Positions 15,801 through 28,739 of a DNA stretch of 64,000 bases are shown piece after piece. Every line of letters starts with the position of its first letter. Within the stretch, counting starts at the first letter, position 1. The notes below the pieces were generated by a model. It had not been told where the DNA came from. It made no database searches and saw nothing but the letters and a program-made list of their open reading frames with translations. The stretch is taken from assembly GCF_009914755.1 (NCBI RefSeq), contig NC_060927.1; one strand, given 5' to 3'. The translations under genes and the position numbers were made by a program. The stretch is from the human T2T-CHM13v2.0 reference genome, Homo sapiens.

Positions 15801-17695
15801 TGCAAATTTAGATTCTGCTACAGGATGTGGACAGTGGGAGGGGAGACGCATGCAAATTTAGATTCTGCTACAGGATGTGGGCAGTGGGAGAGAAGACGCG
15901 TGCAAATTTAGATTGTGCTACAGGATGTGGACAGTGGGAGGGGAGACGCGTGCAAATTTAGATTCTGCTACGCGATGTGGACAGTGGGAGGGGAGACGCA
16001 TGCAAATTTAGATTCTGCTACAGGATGTGGGCAGTGGGAGAGAAGACGCATGCAAATTTAGATTCTGCTACAGGATGTGGACAGTGGGAGGGGAGACGCG
16101 TGCAAATTTAGATTCTGCTACGCGATGTGGACAGTGGGAGGGGAGACGCGTGCAAATTTAGATTCTGCTACAGGATGTGGGCAGTGGGAGGGGAGACGCG
16201 TGCAAATTTAGATTCTGCTACAGGATGTGGACAGTGGGAGGGGAGACGCGTGCAAATTTAGATTCTGCTACAGGATGTGGACAGTGGGAGGGGAGACGCG
16301 TGCAAATTTAGATTCTGCTACAGGATGTGGACAGTGGGAGGGGAGACGCGTGCAAATTTAGATTCTGCTACAGGATGTGGGCAGTGGGAGAGAAGACGCA
16401 TGCAAATTTAGATTCTGCTACAGGATGTGGACAGTGGGAGGGGAGACGCGTGCAAATTTAGATTCTGCTATGCGATGTGGACAGTGGGAGGGGAGACGCA
16501 TGCAAATTTAGATTCTGCTACAGGATGTGGGCAGTGGGAGAGAAGACGCATGCAAATTTAGATTCTGCTACAGGATGTGGACAGTGGGAGGGGAGACGCA
16601 TGCAAATTTAGGTTCTGCTACAGGATGTGGACAGTGGGAGGGGAGACGCATGCAAATTTAGATTCTGCTACAGGATGTGGACAGTGGGAGGGGAGACGCA
16701 TGTAAATTTAGATTCTGCTACAGGATGTGGACAGTGGGAGGGGAGACGCCTGCTAATTTAGGTTCTGCTACAGGATGTGGACAGTGGGAGGGGAGACGCG
16801 TGCAAATTTAGATTCTGCTACAGGATGTGGACAGTGGGAGGGGAGACGCGTGCAAATTTAGATTCTGCTACGGGATGTGGACAGTGGGAGGGTAGACGCT
16901 TGCAAATTTAGGTTCTGCTACAGGATGTGGACAGTGGGAGGGGAGACGCGTGCAAATTTAGGTTCTGCTACGCGATGTGGACAGTGGGAGGGGAGACGCG
17001 TGCAAATTTAGATTCTGCTACGCGATGTGGACAGTGGGAGGAGAGAGGCATGCAAATTTAGATTCTGCTACAGGATGTGGACAGTGGGAGGGGAGACGCG
17101 TGCAAATTTAGATTCCGCTGCAGGATGTGGACAGTGGGAGGGGAGACGCATGCAAATTTAGATTCTGCTACAGGATGTGGACAGTGGGAGGGGAGACGCA
17201 TGCAAATTTAGATTCTGCTACGCGATGTGGACAGTGGGAGGAGAGACGCGTGCAAATTTAGATTCTGCTACAGGATGTGGACAGTGGGAGGGGAGACGCG
17301 TGCAAATTTAGATTCCGCTGCAGGATGTGGACAGTGGGAGGGGAGACGCGTGCAAATTTAGATTCCGCTGCAGGATGTGGACCGTGGGAGAGGAGACGCG
17401 TGCAAATTTAGATTCCGCTGCAGGATGTGGACAGTGGGAGGGGAGACGCATGCAAATTTAGATTCTGCTACAGGTTGTGGACAGTCGGAGGGGAGACGCA
17501 TGCAAATTTAGATTCTGCTACAGGATGTGGACAGTCGGAGGGGAGACGCGTGCAAATTTAGATTCTGCTACGCGATGTGGACCGTGGGAGGGGAGATGCA
17601 TGGACGTGGATGGGGATTTGTGGAAACTCTCTGGATTTTGTGTTCAATTTTACTGTGAACCTAAAACTGCTCTAAAAAATAAAGTTTATTTAAAA
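12860..17695 (+). mobile_element. Old L1 (L1MC/MD-like): ORF2 fragment plus a 3' end split by the 50-bp minisatellite
   Basis: ORF2-like 'ccagatgggtccactggtagaatctaccaaacattt'. The 3' end resumes after the array: 'ggaaactctctggattttgtgttcaattttactgtgaacctaaaactgctctaaaaaataaagtttatt'. Confidence 0.7.
13201..17600. repeat. Minisatellite/VNTR, 88 x 50 bp, consensus TGCAAATTTAGATTCTGCTACAGGATGTGGACAGTGGGAGGGGAGACGC(G/A)
   Basis: Directly visible. The 50-bp register holds from 13201 to 17600 with no indels, only substitutions. Confidence 0.98.
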
Positions 17696-19594
17696 TATCT
17701 TGAAGACTATTTTTATTCATTTCAAACTTTTATAACGAGTATGTTCAAAATTACTGGTGTAATTAAAATAAATCTGTATCTCCATGTTTTAATCTTACAT
17801 TGTCATTCCCTTTGACGGATCCTCCAGATACTCTAATATCCCATCTTACCTGCTTACAGCCACTGTCTCCCCCTCCCTGCCTCCATCTTTCTCCCTCTTC
17901 CTTTTATTTTTTCTCCTTCCTTCTCTACCCCTCAGTTTTCCTTCTTTTGGATTCTTATGCTGTGAACAGTAGACATTTTTTAAATTACCGTAAGTATTGA
18001 GGGCATATGACACAAACTTATGGTGGAATTAGGGCAGCCGAGCACAGTGTCTCTGCATTCACAGAACTGGGTCTTAGTTCGGGCCTCAGGCAGGACTGGG
18101 TCTGAGTTCAGGAAACTATCGTCAGATAAAACCAAGTGTCTGGCTCTGTGATTGCCAGTCTGGTGACTCAACTTTCTGTCTCTATCTGCTCTTATAATCA
18201 CAAGACCCACTACTTCTCTTTGCTTGCCTGACATTTAGACTAGTTTTAATAAAGTCCATTTGACCCTACTAATTACCAGGAAAATAAAACATGCCTTTGG
18301 GCACACACACCTCACATGAGCCCCTGTACTAGCCAATTAATGTGTAAAAGCTCTACCAAATGGTGTCTTTTCTTGGTCTATTAACCAATTATACAAATAT
18401 CCCTCCTCTAACAGTCTTGATAGAGATTCAATCTAGATCCAAATTCTATGAAGTTCACGTGTATTAGTTTACCAGTCCACTTCAGTTATCTGCTAAAGCC
18501 TTTGCGTTGTCCAGTTTTCTAGTTTTAAACGATCAGAGGAGACCGTCTGGTAGATGAGACACTTTGGTAATATGTGGTAGTAGCACCAAAGGCCATCTGT
18601 AGAGAAAAATCATGAAATTCTTTAATTACTTTGAATTCTGTATAAAAAATAGAAATATAAAAATAGTTTCTGTGATTTAAAATTGCTATTAAATAAAGAC
18701 TTGTCATATGCTTTTTAAAAAATTGTCCTTTTTAGGCAGAGAAGTAGTGCATGAGTTGGCAATTATTTAACTTATTGGTATAGATACATCTATATTTATA
18801 CTTATATGTATTTGTGTAGTGTGTGTACTTGTATGTGTATACATAAAAGAACACTAATGACTAAATATTGAACTTGATGACTTACATTGGAAACCCCGAG
18901 AAAGAAGGATGTCTTATTTGCGTCACGTACTACGCCATAGCACACACTTAGTACTCAGAAAGTTAAATAATAATAATAACAATTGTGTAATAAAAATGGT
19001 CACGGGGACAAACTGGTAGAGGGAGAATGAAGTCCAGTAATAATAACTGATACAATACTAGTCTCCAGAAGAACATGTAATTTTTCATCTCTTTTACCCC
19101 CAAGATACTCTTAGAATTATTCAGGTGAAGTCTGACTCACAGAACTCCCAGCATGTACAAATGCAAGAATTTATAGTCCAAGTTTGTTGTAAGTAATGGA
19201 TCAGTGCACATCTGGGAGAAAAGCATAAAAGAACAGTCAGATTGAGGTGTTTTATTTTTCATTCAATCTCATTTATTTGAACATTTATTAAATCTGCAGT
19301 GGGTGGTTAACTCATACTGTGGATGTCTCCAAGCCCTCAGGAGAGTGTTCATCCAAGAGACAGAGAGAGCCCCTGAGGGTCTATTTGGCAGAGACTGACA
19401 AAGAGACGAAAATATTTGAAAACATGCTATCTTCTCCAGACATTTGTCTGTACATTTGTATAACAGCTGTGGGTGAGACTTTTTCCCACTACTCAATGTT
19501 CTTTTCTCCCAAGCTGAGTGTAATTTTAAATATCTACACACACTGTGAATAGACATAGGGCATCACCTAAATTCAAATAACAGTCTCTAGTCAG

Positions 19595-20010
19595 TGATGG
19601 TTTATGTGTAACCTAAACACTTTCTGGCCAAACTGGGGAGGGAGGGAAGGAAGGAAGGAAGGCAAGCTGTTAAAATGATGGTTTATGTGTAACCTAACAC
19701 TTTCTGGCCAAACTGGGGAAGGAGGGAGGGAGGGCGGGCAGCCAGGCTGGCTGGCTGTTACAATGATGGTTTATGTGTAACCTAAACACTTCCTGGCCAA
19801 ACTGTGGGGGCGGGGGTAGGGAGGGAGGGAGGGAGGGACGGAAGGAAGGAAGGAAGGAAGGAAGGAAGGAAGGAAGGAAGGAAGAAAGGAAGGAAGGAAG
19901 GAAGGAAGATTGTTACAGTGATGGTTTATGTGTAACCTAAACACTTTCTGGCTAAACTGGGGAGGGAGGGAGGGACGGAGGGAGGGAAGGAAGGAAGGAA
20001 GACTGTTACA
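19595..20010. repeat. Four-copy composite tandem repeat: about 50-bp conserved core plus variable (GGGA)n/(GGAA)n tract
   Basis: 'tgatggtttatgtgtaacctaaacactttctggccaaactgggg' starts at 19595, 19676, 19764 and 19919. Confidence 0.9.
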
Positions 20011-21171
20011 CTAGAGATTTCAAAATAAAATTTAGGGGAGAGTAGTAGTACATAAACTATTAATAACCAATATGTTATAATAATTTAACTAAAATGAACA
20101 AAATTCCTATTATGGTATCTATGAACATGCTTTCTTAGAGTAAAATATTCTCATATCTTGGTAGGGCACTGGTTAAAAACAGCAAGGATTTAGAAGTCGA
20201 AGTCTTATCAAGTAAGTAGCAGACCCGTCTTCAGACCCTTTACAGAGTTATCCAAAAAGCAGTCATTGAAACAAGAGCAGATAATTTTTCTAGCTTTCTA
20301 TTAAGTTTAGATGTTAATGTTACTACAAAATTTAACTTTCTTATAAAATTACCTGATAAAGTTTTATACAATATTATGATATAGTATATCAAAATTTATT
20401 TATATGTCAAATTTTACATGATATTGGAGACGCATGGATTGATGATGCGTATATGATGATTTTATGATAAGTTCCACTTAAATTCAGACAATTTCATTAG
20501 GCAGTGTCTGTCGACCACTAATTTTTTTTTTTGGTTCCACTATTTGCACAGACAGCACAGCTGGGAAAACAGATTCACCCGACACAGTATCTTCCCCGCG
20601 TCTTTCTCCTCCTCAGGGAATCAGTTCATCAGTCAATCAAGTCATTTGGGACTGGAGGCTGAGTACTCCCTAACGTAGAAGGTCTCATTCCTGCATGCTT
20701 TCTTCAGCAGAGGGGGAGACGAGAAGGTCCTTTTAGGGGACACTTGCTGGGACATGCACTAACCCTTCTACAGTTGGAGGGCTCCCACCTGCAGAGGCAG
20801 ACTCTGCCGCAGTAGGAAGGGATGAGGCAGCTATTCTGAACCTGGAGCTCCACCACACCTTGCCCCGTCTCACTGAGGCAGTTTTGAGAGGCTGCCCTGG
20901 AATACGTCTTGCTGGTGGATGTTGGGAAACAACGTGGGCTTTGATGGGATTCAGGTGGTGTCCGCAGTGTGAAGACAGGAGCTGATGCTCAGCATTTAGG
21001 CTGTTTTTCTTGTGATCAGTTGGGTTACCTGTTTGGGACCAAGTCCATCTTTACTAGGGAGGCTGGGTAAATTCCACAGAACACAGTGGCGCTCCCAGGA
21101 TGACTGAGGCAGGGTGAGAAAGGGGGAAAGTTTTTCCACCTACACTTTTTGCTACCTCAGGAAATAGGGGC

Positions 21172-21232
21172 TGATTAGGTTACATCTGGCTCTTATCTAA
21201 TCAATTCGATTTTGGTGCATTTGATCTAATTA
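21172..21232. promoter_or_regulatory. Cluster of DUX4-type double-homeodomain motifs upstream of the FRG2 copy
   Basis: TGATTAGGTTA (21172-21182; reverse complement TAACCTAATCA fits TAAYBBAATCA), TTATCTAATCA (21193-21203, one mismatch), TGATCTAATTA (21222-21232). Confidence 0.6.
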
Positions 21233-21699
21233 TCTTCCCCATTTTTTAGGTAGGAAGGGCCATTTTATTTGGTATTTACTTTTTCTCTGCAGTTTTATTT
21301 CATCATATATGTATGGATCTAATACAGTCAACCATATCTTGATATTTGTTGTTTCCAAGCATTTGAGAAATTATAATATCTATGTATATAATTTTAACCC
21401 TATAATAAATTATCTTCTGTGCAAAATATGTAACATATATCAATATAGGTATGTTTAATTCTGCATCTTGAAAGGTGAACAGGATCATAAATCCTTCCAG
21501 GTAGGAACTGGGACAGAAATCGGAAGAAATAATTCCCCAATCTTCTGATCCCTGTGCTCCCAGTTCTTTGTTTCTTGTCACTATGACAGGATCCTGAAAA
21601 TGTCTCCCCTTAACTGTGTCTAGGTCCCCAGTAGAACTACAGCAAGAAACTTTTCTTATTGGGGCTCTAATGAGTGGCAGGAAAGAGAAACCTGTTCAG

Positions 21700-23529
<1,830 letters not shown>

Positions 23530-23861
23530 AGAGGACCCTGGCCCTATTCAGCAGAGGATGCAGCTCTGGGAATGAGAACAAGGACCTGCTACTGCTCAGA
23601 TTTTTCTAGATGACCAGCAGTGACAATATTAGATGCACTGTGTTAATAAATGACAGAACATGAAGAAATCATAGGAAATAAATTTGAACAATATAATCAG
23701 AATGGTAAGCTCTGCATTTTGTAAAAGGCCGATGCTATAGACAAATTTTATATTTCATGTTAGATATGGAGGTCTGGTGACAGTCATGCATTTCTATGTA
23801 ATCAGGAAAATATTAGAATGTGATCATATGAGTTTGCATATTTTAGATTGTAGAAAAGAAA

Positions 23862-24125
23862 TGTTACCCAGGCTGGAATGCAGTGACACAATCTTAGCTC
23901 ACTGCAACCTCCGCTTCCTGGGTTCAAACAATTCTCATGCCTCAGCCTCTCAAGTAGCTGGGACTACAGGCATATACCACCATGCCTGGCTATTTTTTTT
24001 TTTTTTTTTTTTTTGTATTATTAGTACAGACAGAGTTTTGTCACGTTGGCCAGGTTGGTCTCGAACTCAAGTGATACGCCAGCCTTGACCTCCTAAAGTG
24101 CTGGGATTACAGGCATGAACCGCCT
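23862..24125 (-). mobile_element. Alu (S/J class), tail missing
   Basis: 'cccaggctggaatgcagtg...gcctcagcctctcaagtagctgggactacagg...aagtgctgggattacaggcatga'. Confidence 0.88.
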
Positions 24126-24804
24126 TACCAAGAAATTGCTCCTCTTTTATTTCAGAATAGGTTGTAGGCTCTCACTCTTCTAGCCTGAACCCGTGAAGTA
24201 CTAATATCCAAAAAACATTAATAGCACTTGCTGTGGAAAAATGATTACACATTTTAAAGTTTGATATAATTATAGTAAAATTACCATGCAAGGTGTTTAC
24301 TTTTAATATTTTTACAAAAAAATTAAGTAACGATATATTAAATGGTAAATGAGTGTACTCATTTATTCACCTGCCTCATGTTTTCATTATAAACATCCTA
24401 AATTAAATCCTATTGTATCTTACACATTTCAATTGATTGTATTGTATTGCAGGATATGGAGATTTCATAATATACTACAATAAAGTGTATTTTGTTATAT
24501 TTAACATATATTCTACTTGTATTTTATATTGAGGTCATACAATCTTTCATTATTTGTTTTAATTATTTGGTTGCTTTATAATTTTCATTATATGTAATAA
24601 TGTACATTGATGTTGTTTGGAATTTTAAATTTCAAGATAATTTTGTCTTACTTTCATATGGAATTAGTGTTTACTATAGATGTGAAAAAGAGAATGACTT
24701 ATCTTTATTTCTGTGTCATCCTAACCCTGACCTCCCCACTGCCCATAGCTCTTGTCGTAGTCGGGAAATCGTGTTCTGTCACTCCAGTAAACGGGGCGAT
24801 TCGA

Positions 24805-25060
24805 TGATACCACACAGATATAAATTGCAGATGTAGAGCTTTTGTTCAAGACCAGTGCAACGGAAAAAAATCACAGGCATGTGAGTCACACAATTTTCGG
24901 GTTGTCAGTGCTTATAAAAATTATGCTTAAACTGTGCTGTAGAATAAGTCTGAAACACCCTTACGTCTATTAAACAAATGCACATACCTAAATAACGTGT
25001 CTAAATGGGAATGTAAATATCTTCACGAAACGTACTTTGTTGCAAAGTACACTTGCAACA
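24805..25060 (-). mobile_element. Degenerate Tigger1 terminal fragment
   Basis: 'gtgagtcacacaattttcgggttgtcagtgcttataaaaattatgcttaaactgtgctgtag' resembles the Tigger1 end. Confidence 0.6.
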
Positions 25061-25149
25061 AATAACAGTAACACAGAGATACAGTAGCATCATATAAGGT
25101 TGAAGAAATAGAGATGAGAAGAAAAACAGAGACAGCGAGAAAGGGAGAG

Positions 25150-25601
25150 ACGGAGAGAGGAAAAGACAGACGGCGGCGGGGACATTGGAGAGGAGAAAAG
25201 AGAGGGAGGAAGAGAGGCGGGAAAGACAGAAGAAAGGCAGGGGAGGCGCGACGGGGCGAGGGACGGGGAGGAAAGCGGTCTCCCGCCTCCAGGGCGGGCC
25301 GAGGGCTGGGCCCGCGGGGCGCTCACGTCCCTCCGGATCGCCCGCCTGGGTCCGCTCGCCGCGGAGAGAGTCTCAGCAGTTCCGACTCCCGAGGAACGGG
25401 CGACTTCCCGAAACACCCAAGGGCCGCAGCGCAGGCGGCCGCCCGCTTTCCGCCCGCGCGGTTCACGGACCGCACATCGCCGGGCCGGGCCCTGCCACGG
25501 AGCCAGAGCCGGATGCCCCGAACACGCAGGAGTCACAGGGCGACCGGAGCGTGACTTCGGATTCCACGTTGCTTTGCCCTCTGCAAGGGGCCTGCTGGCC
25601 A
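25150..25601 (+). repeat. Truncated, diverged D4Z4-like (region upstream of the DUX4 ORF) GC-rich fragment forming a CpG island
   Basis: Colinear matches to remembered D4Z4 sequence: 'ggaggaaagcggtc', 'gagggctgggccc', 'cccgcgcggttcacggaccgcacatc', 'gctttgccctctgcaagg'. No homeobox ORF follows. Confidence 0.75.
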
Positions 25602-26116
25602 CTATCAAGGTATAGCAATTGAAGCAGCATGACACTAGAATAAAAACAGACATAAATACAAATGGAATGAAATGGAGAACTTAGAAACAAACTCATACAG
25701 CTAAACTAAACCTATTTTCAACAAAAGTGTCAAGAACATACAACAAAAAATAAGACAGTTTCTGTAACAAACGGGGCTGGGAAAACTGGCAAGCCATGGG
25801 CAGAAGAATGAAACTAGAACCCTACTTCTTGCCACATACAAAAATGAAAATGAATTAAAGACTTAAACCTAACGCCTCAGACTGTCAAACTTTTACAAGA
25901 AAACATTGGGGAAACTCTTTAGGGCATTGGTTTGGGCAAAAATCTCTTAAACTATGCCCCATAAGCACAGACAACCAAAGCAAACATGGACAAATGGAAT
26001 TACAGCAAGTAAGAAAGCTTTTTTAAAGTGAAGGAAACAATAAAGTGAAGAGAAAACCCACAGAATGGGAGAAAATATTTGTAAATTACCCATCTGAAAA
26101 GCAATTAATAGCTACA

Positions 26117-26796
26117 TAATATGGTTAGGCTTTGTGTGCCCACCCAAATCTCATACTGAATTGTAATCCCCAGGTGCTGAGGGAGAGACCTGGCAGAAAG
26201 TGATTGGATCATGGGGGTGGTTCCCCCCAGGCTGTTCTTCTGATAATGAGTGAGTTCTCATGAGATCTGATGGTTTTATAAGGGGCTCTTCCCCCTTTGC
26301 TTCACATACATGCTCTCTCGCCTGCTGTCGTGGAAGAGGTGCCTGCTTCCCCATCTGCCATGATTGTGAGTTTCCTGAGGCCTCTCCAGCCATGTGGAAC
26401 TGTGACTCAGTTAAACCATTTCCTTTATAAATTACCCAGTCTCGCCAGGCGCAGTGGCGCATGCCTGTAATCCCAGCACTTTAGGAGGCTGAGGCAGGTG
26501 GATCACGAGGTCAAGAGTTCAAGACCAGCCTCGCCAAGATGGTGAAACCCCATTTCTACTGAAAATACAAAACTTATCTGGGCATGGTGGTGGGTGCCTG
26601 TAATCTCAGCTACTCAAGAGGCTGAGGCAGAGAATTGCTTGAACCTGGGAGTTGGAGGTTGCAGTGAACCAAGATCATGCCAGTGCACTCCAGCCTGGGT
26701 GACAGAGCAAGACTTCATCTCAATACATAAATAGATAAATAGATAAATAACCCAGTCTCAGTTTTTTTTATAGCAGTGCAGAAACAGACTAATACA
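26117..26796 (+). mobile_element. THE1D-like solo LTR
   Basis: 'atatggttaggctttgtgtgcccacccaaatctcat...gactaataca'; 5-bp TSD CTACA at 26112-26116 and 26797-26801. Confidence 0.88.
26444..26745 (+). mobile_element. AluS inserted in the THE1 LTR
   Basis: Full Alu body; TSD aaattacccagtctc / aaataacccagtctc. Confidence 0.9.
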
Positions 26797-27669
26797 CTAC
26801 AATATATTGAGTTCAAAATATTCTATAGAAAAATTCTAGTAATCCAGTTAAAGAGTGGACAAAAACTTAAATGAACAGTTATGAAAAGAAGACATACAAA
26901 TGGCAAACAGACAAGTGAAAAGGTGCTCCACATTACTATCATCATAGAAATGCAAATCAAACCCAAAATGAGATACCATTTCACCCCAATTAAGGTGGCT
27001 TTTATTTCCAGAAGTCAGTCAAAAACAAATGTTGCTAATAGCCAAGATTTGTAAGAGACCTAAATGTCCATCAGCAGATGACTGGATAGAGAAAATGTGG
27101 TACATATACACAGTGGAGTACTATTCAGCTATAAGAAAGAATGAGAGTCTGTCATTTACTGTAACATAAATGGAACTGAAAGTCTTTATATTAAGTGAAA
27201 TAAGTCAGGCACAGAAAGACAAATGTCAGATGTTCTCACTTATTTGTGGGTGCTAAAATTAGAAACAATCGATGTCATAGAGATAGTATAAGGATGGATA
27301 CTGGAGCTGGGAAGGGCAGTGTGGGAAATGGGGGATAGTGGGGATGCTAAATGGGTACAAAAAATTTTTAGAAAGAATGAATAAGACAGTATTTGATAGC
27401 AAAACAGGGTGATTATAGTCAAAAATAATTTAATTATACATTTTATAAAAACTAAAATACTATTTTAATTGGATTGTTTATAACACAAGCTATAAATGCT
27501 TGAGGGGACAGATACCCTGTTTTTTATTATGTATTACTCATTACATGCCTGTATCAAAGTATGTCATGTACCCCCATAAATATATACACCAAGTATGTAC
27601 CCACAAAAAAAATTAAAAATTAAAATTAAAATTAAAACCAAAGCGAGGAGAGTATAATGAGGCATATGT

Positions 27670-27775
27670 GACCCATGGCTTGAACTAGCTTTTCAGGTTA
27701 ACTTTGGAATGTCCTTACCCAAGAAGAGGGTTCCATTTAGTCAATAGGGGTTTAGAAATTAATTTTTAGTTTATA
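27670..27775 (-). mobile_element. MER4-group ERV1 LTR fragment
   Basis: 'caggttaactttggaatgtcctt...ccatttagtcaataggggtttagaaattaatttttagtttata' resembles the reversed start of MER4-group LTRs. Confidence 0.5.
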
Positions 27776-28094
27776 AGTGGAAAAAAGAAGGATTTTTAAT
27801 CCTGAGCCATAGCTCTCAATCAATCCCTGCAGGGAACCCTGTTCTTTACTCTGGAGATAAACACTAGTTTTCTTTCCCACTGAATAACACCACGTTTCAA
27901 AATGAGGGGAAACATCTTGAGACTAAGATGTACAGCCTTGTTAAATTTGATTTGATTTCAATTGTAATTAATTTAATCACGTATGTTCTAGAGTTTGTCT
28001 TCAGTCTTCTCCTACTTTAGGCCCATGATCTGTTGAATTTGCTCAGCTCCCTGCTCAATAGCAGGAAATCAGAATTATCTAAAAACCTCATTGT

Positions 28095-28402
28095 GGCTGT
28101 CAGCGGTGGCTCATGCCTGTAATCCCAGCAATTTGGGAGGCCAAGGTGGGCAGATCACTTGTTGTCAGGGGTTTGAGACCAGCCGGCCAACAGAGTGAAA
28201 CCCCGTCTCTACTAAAGATACAAAAATTAGCTGGGTGTGGTGATTCATGCCTGTAATCCCAGCTACTTGGGAGGCTGAGGCAGGAGAATCACTTGAACCT
28301 GGGAGGCGGAGGTTTCAGTGAGCCAGGATGGTGCACCGCACTCCAGCCCGGGCAGCAGAGCAAGACTCTGTCTCAAAATGATAATAACAATAATTAATAA
28401 AT
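28095..28402 (+). mobile_element. AluS
   Basis: Full Alu body; TSD aaaaacctcattgt / aaaaatctcattgt. Confidence 0.9.
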
Positions 28403-28739
28403 AAAAATCTCATTGTGTTCCAGACAAAATTTCTTTTGCATATCAACTGTGTCAACTTGCATATTAACTATAATCATTTGTTACTTTATATCCAATCCTG
28501 AGAAATCTCTGAGGACTAATTTCACTCTTTTCTGCCATTTTGGTAAACATACCAAATGCCATCAAACAAAATGCACAAAATTCCTGAGAAATACATTTTC
28601 TCCTTGAGGAGTAGACTTGCTGTATTAGAGGAACTCATGGTTACCAAGCTTCTAGTTTAATACACATGACTAGAATACTCTATCTTAATATGAGTAGCTA
28701 GGTACTCACCAGGCATCTAGAAGGTTAATACCTATAGTC

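Larger units (their letters stand above)
25602..27635 (+). mobile_element. L1MA-like 3' portion carrying nested THE1 and Alu
   Basis: ORF2 C-terminal motifs 'ggctgggaaaactggcaagcc', 'aaatgtccatcagcagatgactggatagagaaaatgtggtacatatacac', and a 3' end 'tcatgtaccccataaatatatacacc'. Confidence 0.85.

Noticed and set aside
13201-17600. CRISPR array or coding repeat
   Set aside because: Head-to-tail units with no unique spacers, no cas genes and a primate context. The 50-bp period is not a multiple of 3 and each unit has a TAG, so there is no long ORF.
19595-20010. CRISPR-like repeat-spacer arrangement
   Set aside because: The 'spacers' are simple purine microsatellites of very unequal length; this is a eukaryotic compound tandem repeat.
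25090-25696. Arg/Gly/Pro-rich ORFs as a DUX4-like protein
   Set aside because: No homeodomain motif; the ORFs are a by-product of high GC content.
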